NCBI GenBank assembly: GCA_016291375.1
Contig: JAEEXE010000006.1
Coordinates: forward strand, 43,588 to 107,587
DNA from: Butyrivibrio sp.
Lineage (GTDB): Bacteria > Bacillota > Clostridia > Lachnospirales > Lachnospiraceae
Direction: 5' to 3'
DNA length: 64,000 nucleotides
Numbering within the stretch: the stretch's first letter is position 1; the number at the start of each line of letters is the position of its first letter. The position numbers and the translations under genes are program-made. Under the pieces are notes generated by a model that was not told where the DNA came from, made no database searches, and saw nothing but the letters and a program-made list of their open reading frames with translations. This document shows, in pieces, positions 29,459 through 40,100 of this stretch.

Positions 29459-30809
29459 TTCTATATCTGTTCCTCTCGTAGCGTCTTTCCTCAAGATACT
29501 CTTCATACCTCTCATCTGAACCGATCATGCAGATACCTTCTACTATCATGAACATGACAATGGTTACCAGAACCGAGGATCCTCCGTAGCTTATAAGCGG
29601 CAAGGTAACTCCCGTAAGGGGGATGAACTTTGCTCCGCCTCCTATAGTAAGGAACGTCTGAAAAGCATAGGATATACCGATACCGCAGATGATCATCCGA
29701 TAAAATTTATCGTGGATATAATATCCCTCCTGCATGATAAAAAGAAATGTGCTAAGACATACCAATATCATTAATATGGCAAATATGATTCCCATTTCTT
29801 CGGCTATTGCAGAAAAAATAAAGTCCTGAACAACAAAAGGAATGGATTTGGGATTACCTCCGTAGAGTCCAAGCCCCAGCAATCCTCCGCTACTGATTCC
29901 AAAAAGGGACTGCGAAAGCTGATAACCGGCTCCTGTGATATCACTGAAGGGATCACGCCACGCCTGCACTCTTACACGAATATGTGCAAAAAGCTTGTAG
30001 GAAGCCATACTTGCTAAAGCCGCAAAGAACATTCCAAGAATAAAATATCCTATATTCTCCGTAGAAATATATATAAGTGCAAGATACAGCATGAAATAAA
30101 TCAGCGCACTTCCAAGGTCTTTTGACAAAACAAGAATTATAACGTGGGCGGCAGCGATTACCGATAGTATCAAAAGATCTATCAGATTTTCCGCCTTATA
30201 TAGCGCTCCCGCCAGGAAAAACAGGAACAAAACTTTTACTATCTCAGAGGGCTGGAAAGTAAGCCCGGCGATTGAATACGTAAGCTTTGATCCGTTTATT
30301 GTGGCTCCAAGAATAAGCACTATGCCAAGGCACGCTACACCGATTCCTGCATAAGCCCAGGTAAATCTCTTAAGGAAATTGAATCTGAATATCATTTCAG
30401 GTATAAAAAATCCAAGTAAAAATGATATGGCAATGATAACGAACTGCTTTACCGCCCTCTCATAAGAAAGTCTTGTAAGGATGATCACTCCTATCATCAA
30501 AAGAAGGCAACAGTTGTTTATAATAAGCCTGTTTCCGTCGGGATAAATAAAATAAAACAGCATTATTACCGACGAAAACACAACTATCTGAAATGCAAAG
30601 AAAAACAGATAGACAACTTTTCCCGTCCTTGCAATTATCTGCACAAAACAGGAAAACTCTATCAAAAACATAAGCGCTATCTGCGCTGCATATATATGAG
30701 CTCTAGCTTCCCTACTCCTTAATTTAAAAGCCAAAAAGGCTGTAAAGGTATATAGGAGCATCATAGATGCTATCACATATTTGGATATCTCTGTTATGTA
30801 TAACTCCAT
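29418..30809 (-). CDS. FtsW/RodA/SpoVE SEDS protein
   Basis: FQPSE, KDLGSA, DFIFS..AEE, PLTGVTLPLISYGGSS. Confidence 0.93.
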   Translation of the reverse strand: MELYITEISKYVIASMMLLYTFTAFLAFKLRSREARAHIYAAQIALMFLIEFSCFVQIIARTGKVVYLFFFAFQIVVFSSVIMLFYFIYPDGNRLIINNCCLLLMIGVIILTRLSYERAVKQFVIIAISFLLGFFIPEMIFRFNFLKRFTWAYAGIGVACLGIVLILGATINGSKLTYSIAGLTFQPSEIVKVLFLFFLAGALYKAENLIDLLILSVIAAAHVIILVLSKDLGSALIYFMLYLALIYISTENIGYFILGMFFAALASMASYKLFAHIRVRVQAWRDPFSDITGAGYQLSQSLFGISSGGLLGLGLYGGNPKSIPFVVQDFIFSAIAEEMGIIFAILMILVCLSTFLFIMQEGYYIHDKFYRMIICGIGISYAFQTFLTIGGGAKFIPLTGVTLPLISYGGSSVLVTIVMFMIVEGICMIGSDERYEEYLEERRYERNRYRNERYKRYEDEEDR

Positions 30810-30813
30810 TCCT

Positions 30814-33132
30814 TTATTCTACCTCGCGTTTATAATGTCCGGTCGTATATTGGTGCTTCTGCATAAGACTGTTAACCATAGCCTTATCATCTGCATGAAT
30901 CGCAGTTCTAATTATGTCAAAAGAGCTGTCTTTATCCTCTACTGTAAGATCAACCCTGAAATGATCGAAGAGCTGTTTATCTTTAAGCGCAGTTACTTTG
31001 CTAAACAAAATCGTGGGATTTACATTCCATATTATGTTATAACAGTTCCTGCAATTGGTTGTTACCGGCATTTTATTCCCCATTCTGTCGGTAATATGCA
31101 GTTTCTCATGATGATGGGTATGTAACTTCCCACTGCACTTATCGAGTGTCTTCTTGATACATCCTGCACTTATCATCATAGGAACACGTCCGTATATATT
31201 ATAAGTAACAGGTATTCCTATCTCATCCCTGATCCTCTTTACAGCTTCAAAGGCTTCGTAAGCTGTAAGTTCATAAGGAACGGATAATTCTGATACCAAA
31301 GAGCCCTTATCTTTATTTTGGGGCTCAGTCAAAAGATGTGCAGACATGGCATTCCAGGTATATACGCCGTAGTCCAATATGATCTTACCATTATAAGACA
31401 TTTCTTCTAAAATTCCCAATTGCTCTAAGTTTCTTACAAGAAGACCTTCTAGAAGATCTGCATGGTTATTAGCTATAAACCTTACATCATCACTTGCATC
31501 AAATACTTCCTCTCTTGTTATATACGGAAGCGCAGCGATCACTTCTAAGTTTTTAAAAGCATCTCCTTTGAGTATATCTATGATATCTTCCTTAAGCAAA
31601 AGATCGCATTCCAAATAAACTCTTGATACTTCTTTTCTTCCGATATCCTGCTCTTTTGTCTTTTCTGAAAGCAGAACATCACTAAGAGCCGTAAGTTGAG
31701 AGGATGTATTTACCAGAACGTGAATATCTGTATTTTCTACCTTCTTACCTGTTATCTTGACAAAAGAGCCTGTGCTCTCGCTTTTTATCTTGGCATCTGA
31801 TATTTCTTTTATATTCTCTTTTACATCAAGAAGCTCTGCCTCCATTTCCTCGCAAAGTCTTCTTCTAAGCTCATTAAGCTCACTTACGGGAATAAAGATG
31901 CCGTTTCCTGTACTACCATCATCAATACTTATTTCGATGTTATCAGCTTCAAAATGTGTATTTCCAAGTCGTTCCAGTTGCTTTCTGATGCCCGCTTCAT
32001 CCATAGGTCTCTTGGAGGCAGCCTGCACCTCATTACCATAAACTGTTCTTGAATAATACTCATCGCCTTTACGGGCATTCATCACAAGTTCAGCCTTTTC
32101 CCCAAGTTTGAGCTTACAATAAATATCGCAGGAAATCTTAAGTTCATGATCAAGGAACTTATCTCTTACCTCTTTAAGCACTTCATCTTTGGTTCCATTG
32201 TACGCAGGAGATGAAATAGTAACCATCTCCTTGCCGTTGTGTTTATGATAATAGCCGCTGCTGATACCCGTCCTTAGATACAGGGATCTTAAAATCTCCA
32301 TATCCTCTTTGGAAACTTCATGTTTCCCGGATGGATCATTGTAATACAGATCGATATATTTTCTGTAAAGAGAAGTAACGCCTGCAGCATACTCAGACTT
32401 CTTCATGCGCCCTTCAATCTTAAAGGAGTCTATTCCCGCCTCAATAAGCTCAGGAATCATATCTATAGTACACATATCCTTTAGACTTAGAGGATACTGC
32501 TCTGTCTTATTTGAGGTCACATCCGAAGTATAGGGAAGTCTGCAGGGCTGAGCACATCTTCCTCTGTTGCCGCTCCTGGTACCAACCATACTGCTAAAAA
32601 GACATGCACCTGAATAACAATAGCACATAGCACCGTGAATAAAGGCTTCAACCTCAATATCAGCCTTCTCCCTTATAGCCTTCATCTCTTCAAGGCTAAG
32701 CTCTCTGGCAGGCACAACTCTGCAGCATCCAAGCTCTTTAAGTAGCTTTGCTCCGTGTATTCCGGTTACGGTCTGCTGAGTACTGGCGTGAAGCTCTACC
32801 TCCGGGAATTCATCCCTTATAAATTTCATAACGCCCAGATCCTGTACTATAACTCCATCAAGCCTTTTTTCTGCAAAGGGCAACATAAAATCATAGAGCT
32901 CACCAAATTCTCTCTCTTTAACAAGAGTATTGACTGTCATATATATCTTTTTCCCATATAAATGGGCATAAGAAATAGCGTCAAGAACCTGTTCCCTGTC
33001 AAAGTTATCGGCATAGGCTCTTGCGCCAAATTTGGATCCTCCAAGATATACAGCATCGGCGCCTGCATTGAAGGCACCGACCATTGTTTCATAGCCCCCT
33101 GCGGGAGCAAGTAATTCTACTTTGTTATTCAT
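30814..33132 (-). CDS. U32 peptidase-family protein (RlhA-like RNA hydroxylase)
   Basis: ELLAPAG, HGAMCYCYSGAC, NRGRCAQPCR, KIEGRMK. Confidence 0.88.
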   Translation of the reverse strand: MNNKVELLAPAGGYETMVGAFNAGADAVYLGGSKFGARAYADNFDREQVLDAISYAHLYGKKIYMTVNTLVKEREFGELYDFMLPFAEKRLDGVIVQDLGVMKFIRDEFPEVELHASTQQTVTGIHGAKLLKELGCCRVVPARELSLEEMKAIREKADIEVEAFIHGAMCYCYSGACLFSSMVGTRSGNRGRCAQPCRLPYTSDVTSNKTEQYPLSLKDMCTIDMIPELIEAGIDSFKIEGRMKKSEYAAGVTSLYRKYIDLYYNDPSGKHEVSKEDMEILRSLYLRTGISSGYYHKHNGKEMVTISSPAYNGTKDEVLKEVRDKFLDHELKISCDIYCKLKLGEKAELVMNARKGDEYYSRTVYGNEVQAASKRPMDEAGIRKQLERLGNTHFEADNIEISIDDGSTGNGIFIPVSELNELRRRLCEEMEAELLDVKENIKEISDAKIKSESTGSFVKITGKKVENTDIHVLVNTSSQLTALSDVLLSEKTKEQDIGRKEVSRVYLECDLLLKEDIIDILKGDAFKNLEVIAALPYITREEVFDASDDVRFIANNHADLLEGLLVRNLEQLGILEEMSYNGKIILDYGVYTWNAMSAHLLTEPQNKDKGSLVSELSVPYELTAYEAFEAVKRIRDEIGIPVTYNIYGRVPMMISAGCIKKTLDKCSGKLHTHHHEKLHITDRMGNKMPVTTNCRNCYNIIWNVNPTILFSKVTALKDKQLFDHFRVDLTVEDKDSSFDIIRTAIHADDKAMVNSLMQKHQYTTGHYKREVE

Positions 33133-33151
33133 TTCAACTCACAATAATAAC

Positions 33152-33179
33152 TAAAGGCTGTCCTCAATTAGACAGCCTT
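33152..33179 (-). terminator. terminator after zapA
   Basis: AAGGCTGTC / GACAGCCTT stem. Confidence 0.6.
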
Positions 33180-33189
33180 AATAATACAA

Positions 33190-33603
33190 TCACTTTTTAG
33201 TTCCGATTCCCTTAACCTGGGTCTCAAGCTGAATGATCTTCTTTGATGACTCATCAAGCTTGGTCTGGAGACTCTTACCGTTCTTCTCGGTATTCTCCAG
33301 CTTCATCTGAGTAGCAATAAGCTCATGCTTAAGATCATAGAGCTCTTTCTCTTTCTCAGCCAGCTGCTCTTCCATAAGCTCGATCTGCTTCTTGGACTTA
33401 AAATAGTCATCTGCAATATTTAACTGAAGAAGAACATTCTGTGTATCTATAGGTTGTCTCTTAAAACTATCGATTTTGTTATATTCACCGATCTTATTAT
33501 TGATATAAGAGGCTACCTTCTGTAAATATTCTTCACTTTCATATCCGCTTAAGGTAAAAACCTTTCCCCCGATTATTACCTCGGTATCCGTTTTAGATGC
33601 CAT
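33190..33603 (-). CDS. zapA: cell division protein ZapA
   Basis: VIIGGKVFTL, EEYLQKVASY, LNIADD, then coiled coil. Confidence 0.85.
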   Translation of the reverse strand: MASKTDTEVIIGGKVFTLSGYESEEYLQKVASYINNKIGEYNKIDSFKRQPIDTQNVLLQLNIADDYFKSKKQIELMEEQLAEKEKELYDLKHELIATQMKLENTEKNGKSLQTKLDESSKKIIQLETQVKGIGTKK

Positions 33604-33646
33604 AAATTCACCCCTGCTTTTTTTCTTTTGCGTGGTTGCTTTTTAA

Positions 33647-34678
33647 TTATATCTCCGAGGAAGCTCTGTTTTCAAGCCCTAAATGGGTATATGCCGTATC
33701 AGTGACAACTCTGCCCCTTGGAGTCCTATTAATAAATCCGTTCTTGATAAGATAAGGCTCATAGACATCCTCAATGGTGCCGGAATCCTCACCTATGGCA
33801 GCTGCAAGTGTATCAAGTCCTACAGGTCCGCCTCCGAACTTATCTATCATAGTATACAATATATTTCTATCGGTATGATCAAGTCCCATCTTATCTACAT
33901 CCATAAGATCAAGGGCTGTTACCGCTACTTCCTCTGTAATAATACCGTTATGCTTGACCTGAGCGTAATCTCTTACTCTCTTAAGTATCCTGTTTGCAAG
34001 TCTTGGCGTTCCTCTGCTGCGTCTTGCCATTTCGGCTGCGCCTTTGGGGTCCACCTCAACATCAAGCACTCTGGCCGATTGCATTATGATATCGCAAAGC
34101 TCATCTGCCTCATAAAACTCCATCTTGTGGATCATTCCGAATCTGTCACGAAGAGGAGCAGACAACATTCCTGCTCTTGTCGTCGCACCGATAAGAGTAA
34201 AATGAGGAAGATCCAATCTGATAGATCTGGCTGTCGGACCTTTGCCTATCATAATATCAATGGCGTAATCCTCCATTGCCGGATAAAGAACCTCTTCCAC
34301 CTGTCTGTTAAGTCTGTGTATCTCATCAACAAAGAGAACATCATTCTCCTGAAGATTATTGAGAATAGCAGCCATATCTCCGGGTTTCTCTATTGCGGGA
34401 CCGCTGGTGATCTTGATATTAACCCCCATCTCTGAAGCAATGATTCCCGCAAGAGTGGTCTTACCAAGTCCGGGTGGCCCGTAAAAAAGAAGGTGATCAA
34501 GGCATTCTCCTCTTTTCTTGGCAGCCTCTATATAAATCTTAAGGCTTTCCTTGATCTTCTTTTGTCCTATGTATTTGTCGAGACTTCTGGGTCTTAAGGA
34601 CCCTTCAATCCTCTCATCTTCCGCATTCACATTGGCATCAATGCCTCTTGCGGAGGTAACGATTTTTCTCTTTTCCAT
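33647..34678 (-). CDS. ruvB: Holliday junction helicase RuvB
   Basis: [30 protein letters not shown]. Confidence 0.98.
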   Translation of the reverse strand: MEKRKIVTSARGIDANVNAEDERIEGSLRPRSLDKYIGQKKIKESLKIYIEAAKKRGECLDHLLFYGPPGLGKTTLAGIIASEMGVNIKITSGPAIEKPGDMAAILNNLQENDVLFVDEIHRLNRQVEEVLYPAMEDYAIDIMIGKGPTARSIRLDLPHFTLIGATTRAGMLSAPLRDRFGMIHKMEFYEADELCDIIMQSARVLDVEVDPKGAAEMARRSRGTPRLANRILKRVRDYAQVKHNGIITEEVAVTALDLMDVDKMGLDHTDRNILYTMIDKFGGGPVGLDTLAAAIGEDSGTIEDVYEPYLIKNGFINRTPRGRVVTDTAYTHLGLENRASSEI

Positions 34679-34683
34679 GCTAA

Positions 34684-35301
34684 TCAGAACATCTCCTTAA
34701 GAGCAAGCTTTAAAAGGACTTCTGTATCAAGAGGTGCCTCGCTACTCTTTATCACTTTTCTAACTGCCTTAACAGCATCGGATGAATTGTATCCGAGAGC
34801 AACAAGGGCTGCAACAGCCTCATCCTTGGCAGCTGCGGCGTCGCCTGTAAGATCATCTCCTGATGCTGCAACAGAAGGTGAAAGCAGATCGTCTTCTGTA
34901 ACTCTTATCTTATCTCTAAGTTCCAGAGTTATCCTCTCGGCAGTCTTCTTGCCTACTCCGGGAGCCTTGGCAATAGAAGCGCTGTCTCCGGAAATAATGG
35001 CAAATCTAAGATCATCGGGAGAAAGAACAGATAAAACAGCCAATCCTCCTTTTGGTCCGATACCGTTTACAGTAATAAGCATTTTAAAAAGATTAAGTTC
35101 ATCCCTTGAAAGAAAACCAAATAAAGAAAAAGTATCCTCTTTGACGTTGGTATAAGTATATAACTTAACCATCTCTCCTATTCCCGGCATCCTGTCCATG
35201 GTAGATCCGGATATATTAACATTCACGCCAAAGCCGTTAACGTCTATGACAGCATTTCCCTCTTCGAGGTTTTCAAGTATTCCGTTCACATATGCTATCA
35301 C
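34684..35301 (-). CDS. ruvA: Holliday junction protein RuvA
   Basis: [25 protein letters not shown]; GTG start. Confidence 0.96.
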   Translation of the reverse strand: MIAYVNGILENLEEGNAVIDVNGFGVNVNISGSTMDRMPGIGEMVKLYTYTNVKEDTFSLFGFLSRDELNLFKMLITVNGIGPKGGLAVLSVLSPDDLRFAIISGDSASIAKAPGVGKKTAERITLELRDKIRVTEDDLLSPSVAASGDDLTGDAAAAKDEAVAALVALGYNSSDAVKAVRKVIKSSEAPLDTEVLLKLALKEMF

Positions 35302-35325
35302 GAAGATATCCCCCTTAATAGTCAA

Positions 35326-35356
35326 AGCGCCGGGCTAAAAATATTAGCCCGGTGCT
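35326..35356 (-). terminator. terminator after nfnB
   Basis: AGCACCGGGCTA...TAGCCCGGCGCT followed by TT. Confidence 0.65.
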
Positions 35357-35385
35357 ATTAAGTTTTTGGTATAACTTCAGATAAA

Positions 35386-36771
35386 TTACTTATTCTGAAG
35401 ATACTCATCAATTCCCTTGGCAGCTGCCTTACCTGCACCCATAGCAAGGATAACGGTTGCTGCACCTGTTACGGCATCACCACCTGCAAATACGCCTGGC
35501 TTAGATGTCTGACCTGTTGCTTCCTCAGCAACGATACATTTTCTGCGGTTGATCTCAAGGCCGTCAGTTGTTGAAGAGATAAGAGGGTTAGGTGATGTAC
35601 CAAGTGACATGATAACTGCGTCACACTCAATCTCAAACTCTGAACCGGGAACCTCTACAGGACTTCTTCTTCCTGACTCATCAGGCTCACCAAGCTCCAT
35701 TCTGATACATGTGATTCCTGTTACCCATCCGTTCTCATCAGCGTGGATCTCAACAGGATTGCAAAGAAGATCAAAGATGATTCCCTCTTCCTTAGCATGT
35801 CCAACTTCTTCCTTACGTGCAGGAAGCTCTTCCTCACCACGACGATAAACAACGTGAACCTCTGCTCCAAGACGAAGTGCTGTTCTTGCAGCGTCCATAG
35901 CAACGTTACCACCACCGACAACTACGCACTTCTTAGGTCTCATGATAGGTGTTCTTGAATTCTCATCAAAAGCTTTCATGAGGTTACTTCTTGTAAGGAA
36001 CTCATTAGCTGAGAATACACCCATAGCCTGCTCTCCGGGAATATTCATGAATCTGGGAAGACCTGCTCCTGATCCGATAAATACAGCCTCAAAGCCCTCT
36101 TTCTTCATAAGATCGTCTATTGTTACAGACTTTCCGATAACAACGTCAGTCTCAAGCTTAACGCCAAGTGACTTAACGTTCTCGATCTCTTTTTTAACTA
36201 CTGCATCCTTGGGAAGACGGAACTCAGGAATACCATAAACAAGTACTCCTCCGGCCTCATGAAGAGCCTCAAATATTGTTACGTCATAGCCCATCTTAGC
36301 AAGATCTCCGGCACAAGTAAGTCCTGAAGGGCCAGAACCGATAACGGCAACTTTCTTGCCTTTTTTCTCCTTTGCACCCTCGGGCTTGATACCCATCTCT
36401 CTTGCTGTGTCAGCAACATATCTCTCAAGCTTACCGATTGAAACGGCGTCACCTTTGATTCCTCTTACGCACTGGCCTTCACACTGGCTCTCCTGAGGAC
36501 AAACACGTCCGCAGACAGCGGGAAGCGCACTTGCTTTGCTGATCTCCTGATAAGCGCCCTCAACATCACCTGTCTTAACATGCTGAATAAAAGCAGGAAT
36601 ATTGATTGATACAGGGCAGCCCTGTACACATTTGGGGTTGGGACAGTTAAGGCATCTAAGCGCCTCCTTCTCAGCCTCTTCCTTGTTATATCCAAGACAA
36701 ACTTCTTTAAAATTGGTAGCACGTTCCTTGGCGTCCTGCTCACGGACCGGAACTCTTACAAATCCATCCAT
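35386..36771 (-). CDS. nfnB: NfnB / GltD-like NADPH-dependent flavo-FeS oxidoreductase
   Basis: RCLNC..PKC...CP, CGRVCPQE, GSGPSG, GGGNVAMD; paired with NfnA and no gltB nearby. Confidence 0.82.
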   Translation of the reverse strand: MDGFVRVPVREQDAKERATNFKEVCLGYNKEEAEKEALRCLNCPNPKCVQGCPVSINIPAFIQHVKTGDVEGAYQEISKASALPAVCGRVCPQESQCEGQCVRGIKGDAVSIGKLERYVADTAREMGIKPEGAKEKKGKKVAVIGSGPSGLTCAGDLAKMGYDVTIFEALHEAGGVLVYGIPEFRLPKDAVVKKEIENVKSLGVKLETDVVIGKSVTIDDLMKKEGFEAVFIGSGAGLPRFMNIPGEQAMGVFSANEFLTRSNLMKAFDENSRTPIMRPKKCVVVGGGNVAMDAARTALRLGAEVHVVYRRGEEELPARKEEVGHAKEEGIIFDLLCNPVEIHADENGWVTGITCIRMELGEPDESGRRSPVEVPGSEFEIECDAVIMSLGTSPNPLISSTTDGLEINRRKCIVAEEATGQTSKPGVFAGGDAVTGAATVILAMGAGKAAAKGIDEYLQNK

Positions 36772-36807
36772 TTACTTAATCTCCTATATAGTTAATCACG
36801 AAATATG

Positions 36808-37683
36808 TTAGTTACAATTACCGCATCCGCCGTGGTGAGTGTCACCTTCTTTAGCCTTGAGTAAGAGTCTTCCTTCCTCAGTCTTATAAAGCTTCATACG
36901 GTTCATAGCCTGGTCAAAATCAACCTTGTGTCCGTCGAACTCAGGTCCGTCAACACAAGCAAACTTAACCTGACCATCTACAGTAAGACGACAAGCGCCG
37001 CACATTCCGGTTCCGTCAACCATAATGGGATTCATGCTGACAATAGTAGGAATTCCGAGCTCCTGTGTAAGCTTACATACAAACTTCATCATGATCATGG
37101 GGCCGATAGCAACACAGTGATCATACTTGTTGCCCTCATCCCAAAGATCCTGAAGAGCCTTGGTAACCATACCACTTCTGCCGTAAGAACCGTCATCTGT
37201 TGTGATATGAAGGTTACATACCTTCTTGAATCTATCTTCAAGAATTACGAGATCTTTTGTCTTAGCACCGATGATAACATCGCAGTCAACACCCTGCTCC
37301 TTGAGCCATTTAGCCTGAGGATAAACAGGAGCTGTTCCAACACCGCCTGCGATAAATACAATCTTCTTTTTCTTGAGCTCATCAATGCTCTCTTCACAAA
37401 GATCTGAAGGCTTACCGAGAGGTCCTACAACATCGGCAAGAGAATCACCGGCCTTAAGTGCTGAAAGCTTATATGTCTCTGCACCAATAGCCTGAACTAC
37501 AATCTCAACAGTTCCCTTCTCTCTGTCATAATCGCAGATTGTAAGCGGAATTCTCTCCCCCTCTTCATCTACACGGATAATAAGAAACTGTCCGGGTAAA
37601 CACGCGTCAGCTACACGCGGAGCTTCAACGACCATCTGAAAAATGTTCGTAGTAAGCTCATTAGCCTCTAAAATCTTGAACAT
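36808..37683 (-). CDS. nfnA: NfnA (PyrK/SudB-like FAD, 2Fe-2S subunit)
   Basis: GERIPLT, GGVGTAP, MVDGTGMCGACR, CVDGPEF. Confidence 0.85.
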   Translation of the reverse strand: MFKILEANELTTNIFQMVVEAPRVADACLPGQFLIIRVDEEGERIPLTICDYDREKGTVEIVVQAIGAETYKLSALKAGDSLADVVGPLGKPSDLCEESIDELKKKKIVFIAGGVGTAPVYPQAKWLKEQGVDCDVIIGAKTKDLVILEDRFKKVCNLHITTDDGSYGRSGMVTKALQDLWDEGNKYDHCVAIGPMIMMKFVCKLTQELGIPTIVSMNPIMVDGTGMCGACRLTVDGQVKFACVDGPEFDGHKVDFDQAMNRMKLYKTEEGRLLLKAKEGDTHHGGCGNCN

Positions 37684-37733
37684 AGTCATCCTCCTACTAT
37701 ATAAAAATAAATATTTTAAAGCATAATTGCTTC

Positions 37734-39185
37734 TTATCGATTGGAAATTGTGATAAGGATATATTTTCCTGCGGAGTCATATCCTAATCTGTTTACGGTT
37801 CCGTCGTGAGTATTAACAGCATACATAAGTCCCGTAGGTGTGCTCTTGCCATCTATATCAACATGGGTCTCGTTGATAACATAATACTCTCCGGCTCCCG
37901 GAATCTCTATCTCAGAGTTGTAAATATACTCATTATGCCCGGGTAATCCTCTGACTTTTCCCTTGTCATCAAGCAAAATATCAAGTCTTACAAGAGTACT
38001 TACCAGACTGTTCACCGCCTGCTCTTTGGAAATCAATCTTGTAAAAACAAGATGATAATCCCTCTCAACTATCTCACTGCATTCACCTTCTATGTTAAAT
38101 GCAATAAATTTAAAGTGAGAGGTACCAACAGGCATTGTAATAGGTGAAATATACTGTTTGGAACTCATGGTGGGGTCTGAACCGTCCGTTGTATAGAAAA
38201 TCGTAAGGTCAGGTTCCGTAACGGCAACAATCATGGTGTTCTGATTGTACTCACCACTTGCCTCCATAATATTTGGAGGCGCCGGTGCGCCGGATTCCAC
38301 AACATATGTACTCTCTGTAACTGCACTTACAAAACCATATTTATTAACCGTAACAGCCTTGATGCTATACTCGCCTTCTTCATCAAGAATTATCTCATTC
38401 TCATAAGGAATGCCTGCACTATCAGGGCTATCTCCATTAACAGTGTAATATATCTTGAGGTCATCATTATCAACAGCCTTGGATATATTAACTGAAATAC
38501 TGTCGTCGTAAGTACCGGACACAGGTCCCAAAACAGGTGACAAAGGAATATATTTATCCCTCATCGCCTTAGCAACCTCATTGTCATCAGTACTGAGCAT
38601 CTCCGCGATCTTACCAAATTCTCCCTGTCCTCTGTAGATAGAGATAATGCCCTCATAGGCATTGGTAACCTTATCATCGGAAAATCTGTCCGAAGAGGTT
38701 ATCTTGGTAAGCGTCTCAACTGCCTTCTCTTCATCACCCTTTTCCAGATAATAATCAGAAAGTCTAAAGATAATCTCAGCGTTATCGGGATTATCCTCAT
38801 TACCTTCAATAAGATACTCAATAGCTTTATCGAGATCTCCTTTATTTCTGCTGGAATTGGCAAGTCCCAGGTAATAAAGCGCGGACTTATTGTGATAAGC
38901 CAGAATTAATGTAACGACAATTGCTATGATGATAATACTAGCAGAAAAAATTAAAATTGTCGTGCTTTTTTTCTTTAAAGCGCTAAAAAATTTCTTTCGC
39001 TTTTCAAGGCGCTGGAGCTTACGCTTCTCTTCCTTATTCAGTTCATCCGCAACTCCCGAAAGTGTGGCATTGATCACATTTTCAACCTCCGGCTCAAAAT
39101 CCGGAACGAAATTTATCTCTTTGCCACATTCATCGCAGTACATGTGCCCTTCGGGAATCTCTTTACCGCAAACGGGACATATCAT
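37734..39185 (-). CDS. zinc-ribbon / TM / TPR / Fn3-associated (chitobiase-like) surface protein
   Basis: CPVC..CDECG, TM helix, TPR-like helices, two IYYT.DG..P repeats. Confidence 0.8.
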   Translation of the reverse strand: MICPVCGKEIPEGHMYCDECGKEINFVPDFEPEVENVINATLSGVADELNKEEKRKLQRLEKRKKFFSALKKKSTTILIFSASIIIIAIVVTLILAYHNKSALYYLGLANSSRNKGDLDKAIEYLIEGNEDNPDNAEIIFRLSDYYLEKGDEEKAVETLTKITSSDRFSDDKVTNAYEGIISIYRGQGEFGKIAEMLSTDDNEVAKAMRDKYIPLSPVLGPVSGTYDDSISVNISKAVDNDDLKIYYTVNGDSPDSAGIPYENEIILDEEGEYSIKAVTVNKYGFVSAVTESTYVVESGAPAPPNIMEASGEYNQNTMIVAVTEPDLTIFYTTDGSDPTMSSKQYISPITMPVGTSHFKFIAFNIEGECSEIVERDYHLVFTRLISKEQAVNSLVSTLVRLDILLDDKGKVRGLPGHNEYIYNSEIEIPGAGEYYVINETHVDIDGKSTPTGLMYAVNTHDGTVNRLGYDSAGKYILITISNR

Positions 39186-39196
39186 AAGGATCAACC

Positions 39197-40060
39197 TCAA
39201 ATATTATTATGCATTACAGCAGCTTCATAGCAGTTATTCATAAGCATTGCAATAGTCATTGGTCCGACTCCTCCGGGAACCGGAGTTATTGCACTTGCAA
39301 TCTCCGCAACTTCATCATAGAGAACATCACCGCAGAGCTTTCCGTCTGCGTTTCTGTTTATACCTACATCAATTACAACGGCGCCTTCTTTGACATAATC
39401 GGCAGTGATCATCCCTGCCTTACCTACAGCTGCAATGAGAATATCCGCCCTCTTGCACACTTCCTTAAGGTTCTTGGTTCTGGAATGAGCAACCGTAACA
39501 GTAGCATTTTCTCTAAGCATCAAAAGAGACATTGGCTTTCCTACAATATTGGATCTACCAACTATTACGCATTCCTTGCCGGCAATCTCAATATTTCCGC
39601 CGCAGCCTCTTTTAAGAAGCTGAATGACTCCGGCAGGAGTACAGGAAACAAATCCTTTTTCACCGATACAAAGAGCACCAACGTTCATAGGATGGAAGCC
39701 GTCAACGTCCTTATCGGGAGCAATTGCATCAATAACGGTCTTTTCATCTATCTGCTTAGGAAGCGGCATCTGTACAAGAATACCGTCTACATCCTTCCTT
39801 CCGTTTAATTCATCAATAAGCTTAAGAAGCTCATCCTGTGTAGTCTCAGAGGGAAGTTCGTAGGATAAAGACTTATATCCGATATATTCGCAGGCTTTTT
39901 TCTTGTTTCTTACATAAACCTGTGATGCGGGATCCTCACCCACAAGGATAACGGCAAGTGTTACTTCTATGCCTTTTTCTTTTAAAAGAGCTGTCTTTTC
40001 CTTGAGCTCGTCCTTAATATTCTGTGAAATAGCTTTTCCGTCAATAATCTGTGCGCTCAT
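39197..40060 (-). CDS. folD: methylene-THF dehydrogenase/cyclohydrolase
   Basis: KDVDGFHP, CTPAG, GRSNIVGKP, TPVPGGVGPMT. Confidence 0.97.
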   Translation of the reverse strand: MSAQIIDGKAISQNIKDELKEKTALLKEKGIEVTLAVILVGEDPASQVYVRNKKKACEYIGYKSLSYELPSETTQDELLKLIDELNGRKDVDGILVQMPLPKQIDEKTVIDAIAPDKDVDGFHPMNVGALCIGEKGFVSCTPAGVIQLLKRGCGGNIEIAGKECVIVGRSNIVGKPMSLLMLRENATVTVAHSRTKNLKEVCKRADILIAAVGKAGMITADYVKEGAVVIDVGINRNADGKLCGDVLYDEVAEIASAITPVPGGVGPMTIAMLMNNCYEAAVMHNNI

Positions 40061-40100
40061 TGTATCTCCTTAAATTGGTAAATATATCTGTTTCTTCCGA

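Noticed and set aside
33647-35301. ruvAB without ruvC
   Set aside because: Common in Firmicutes, which use RecU or an unlinked resolvase
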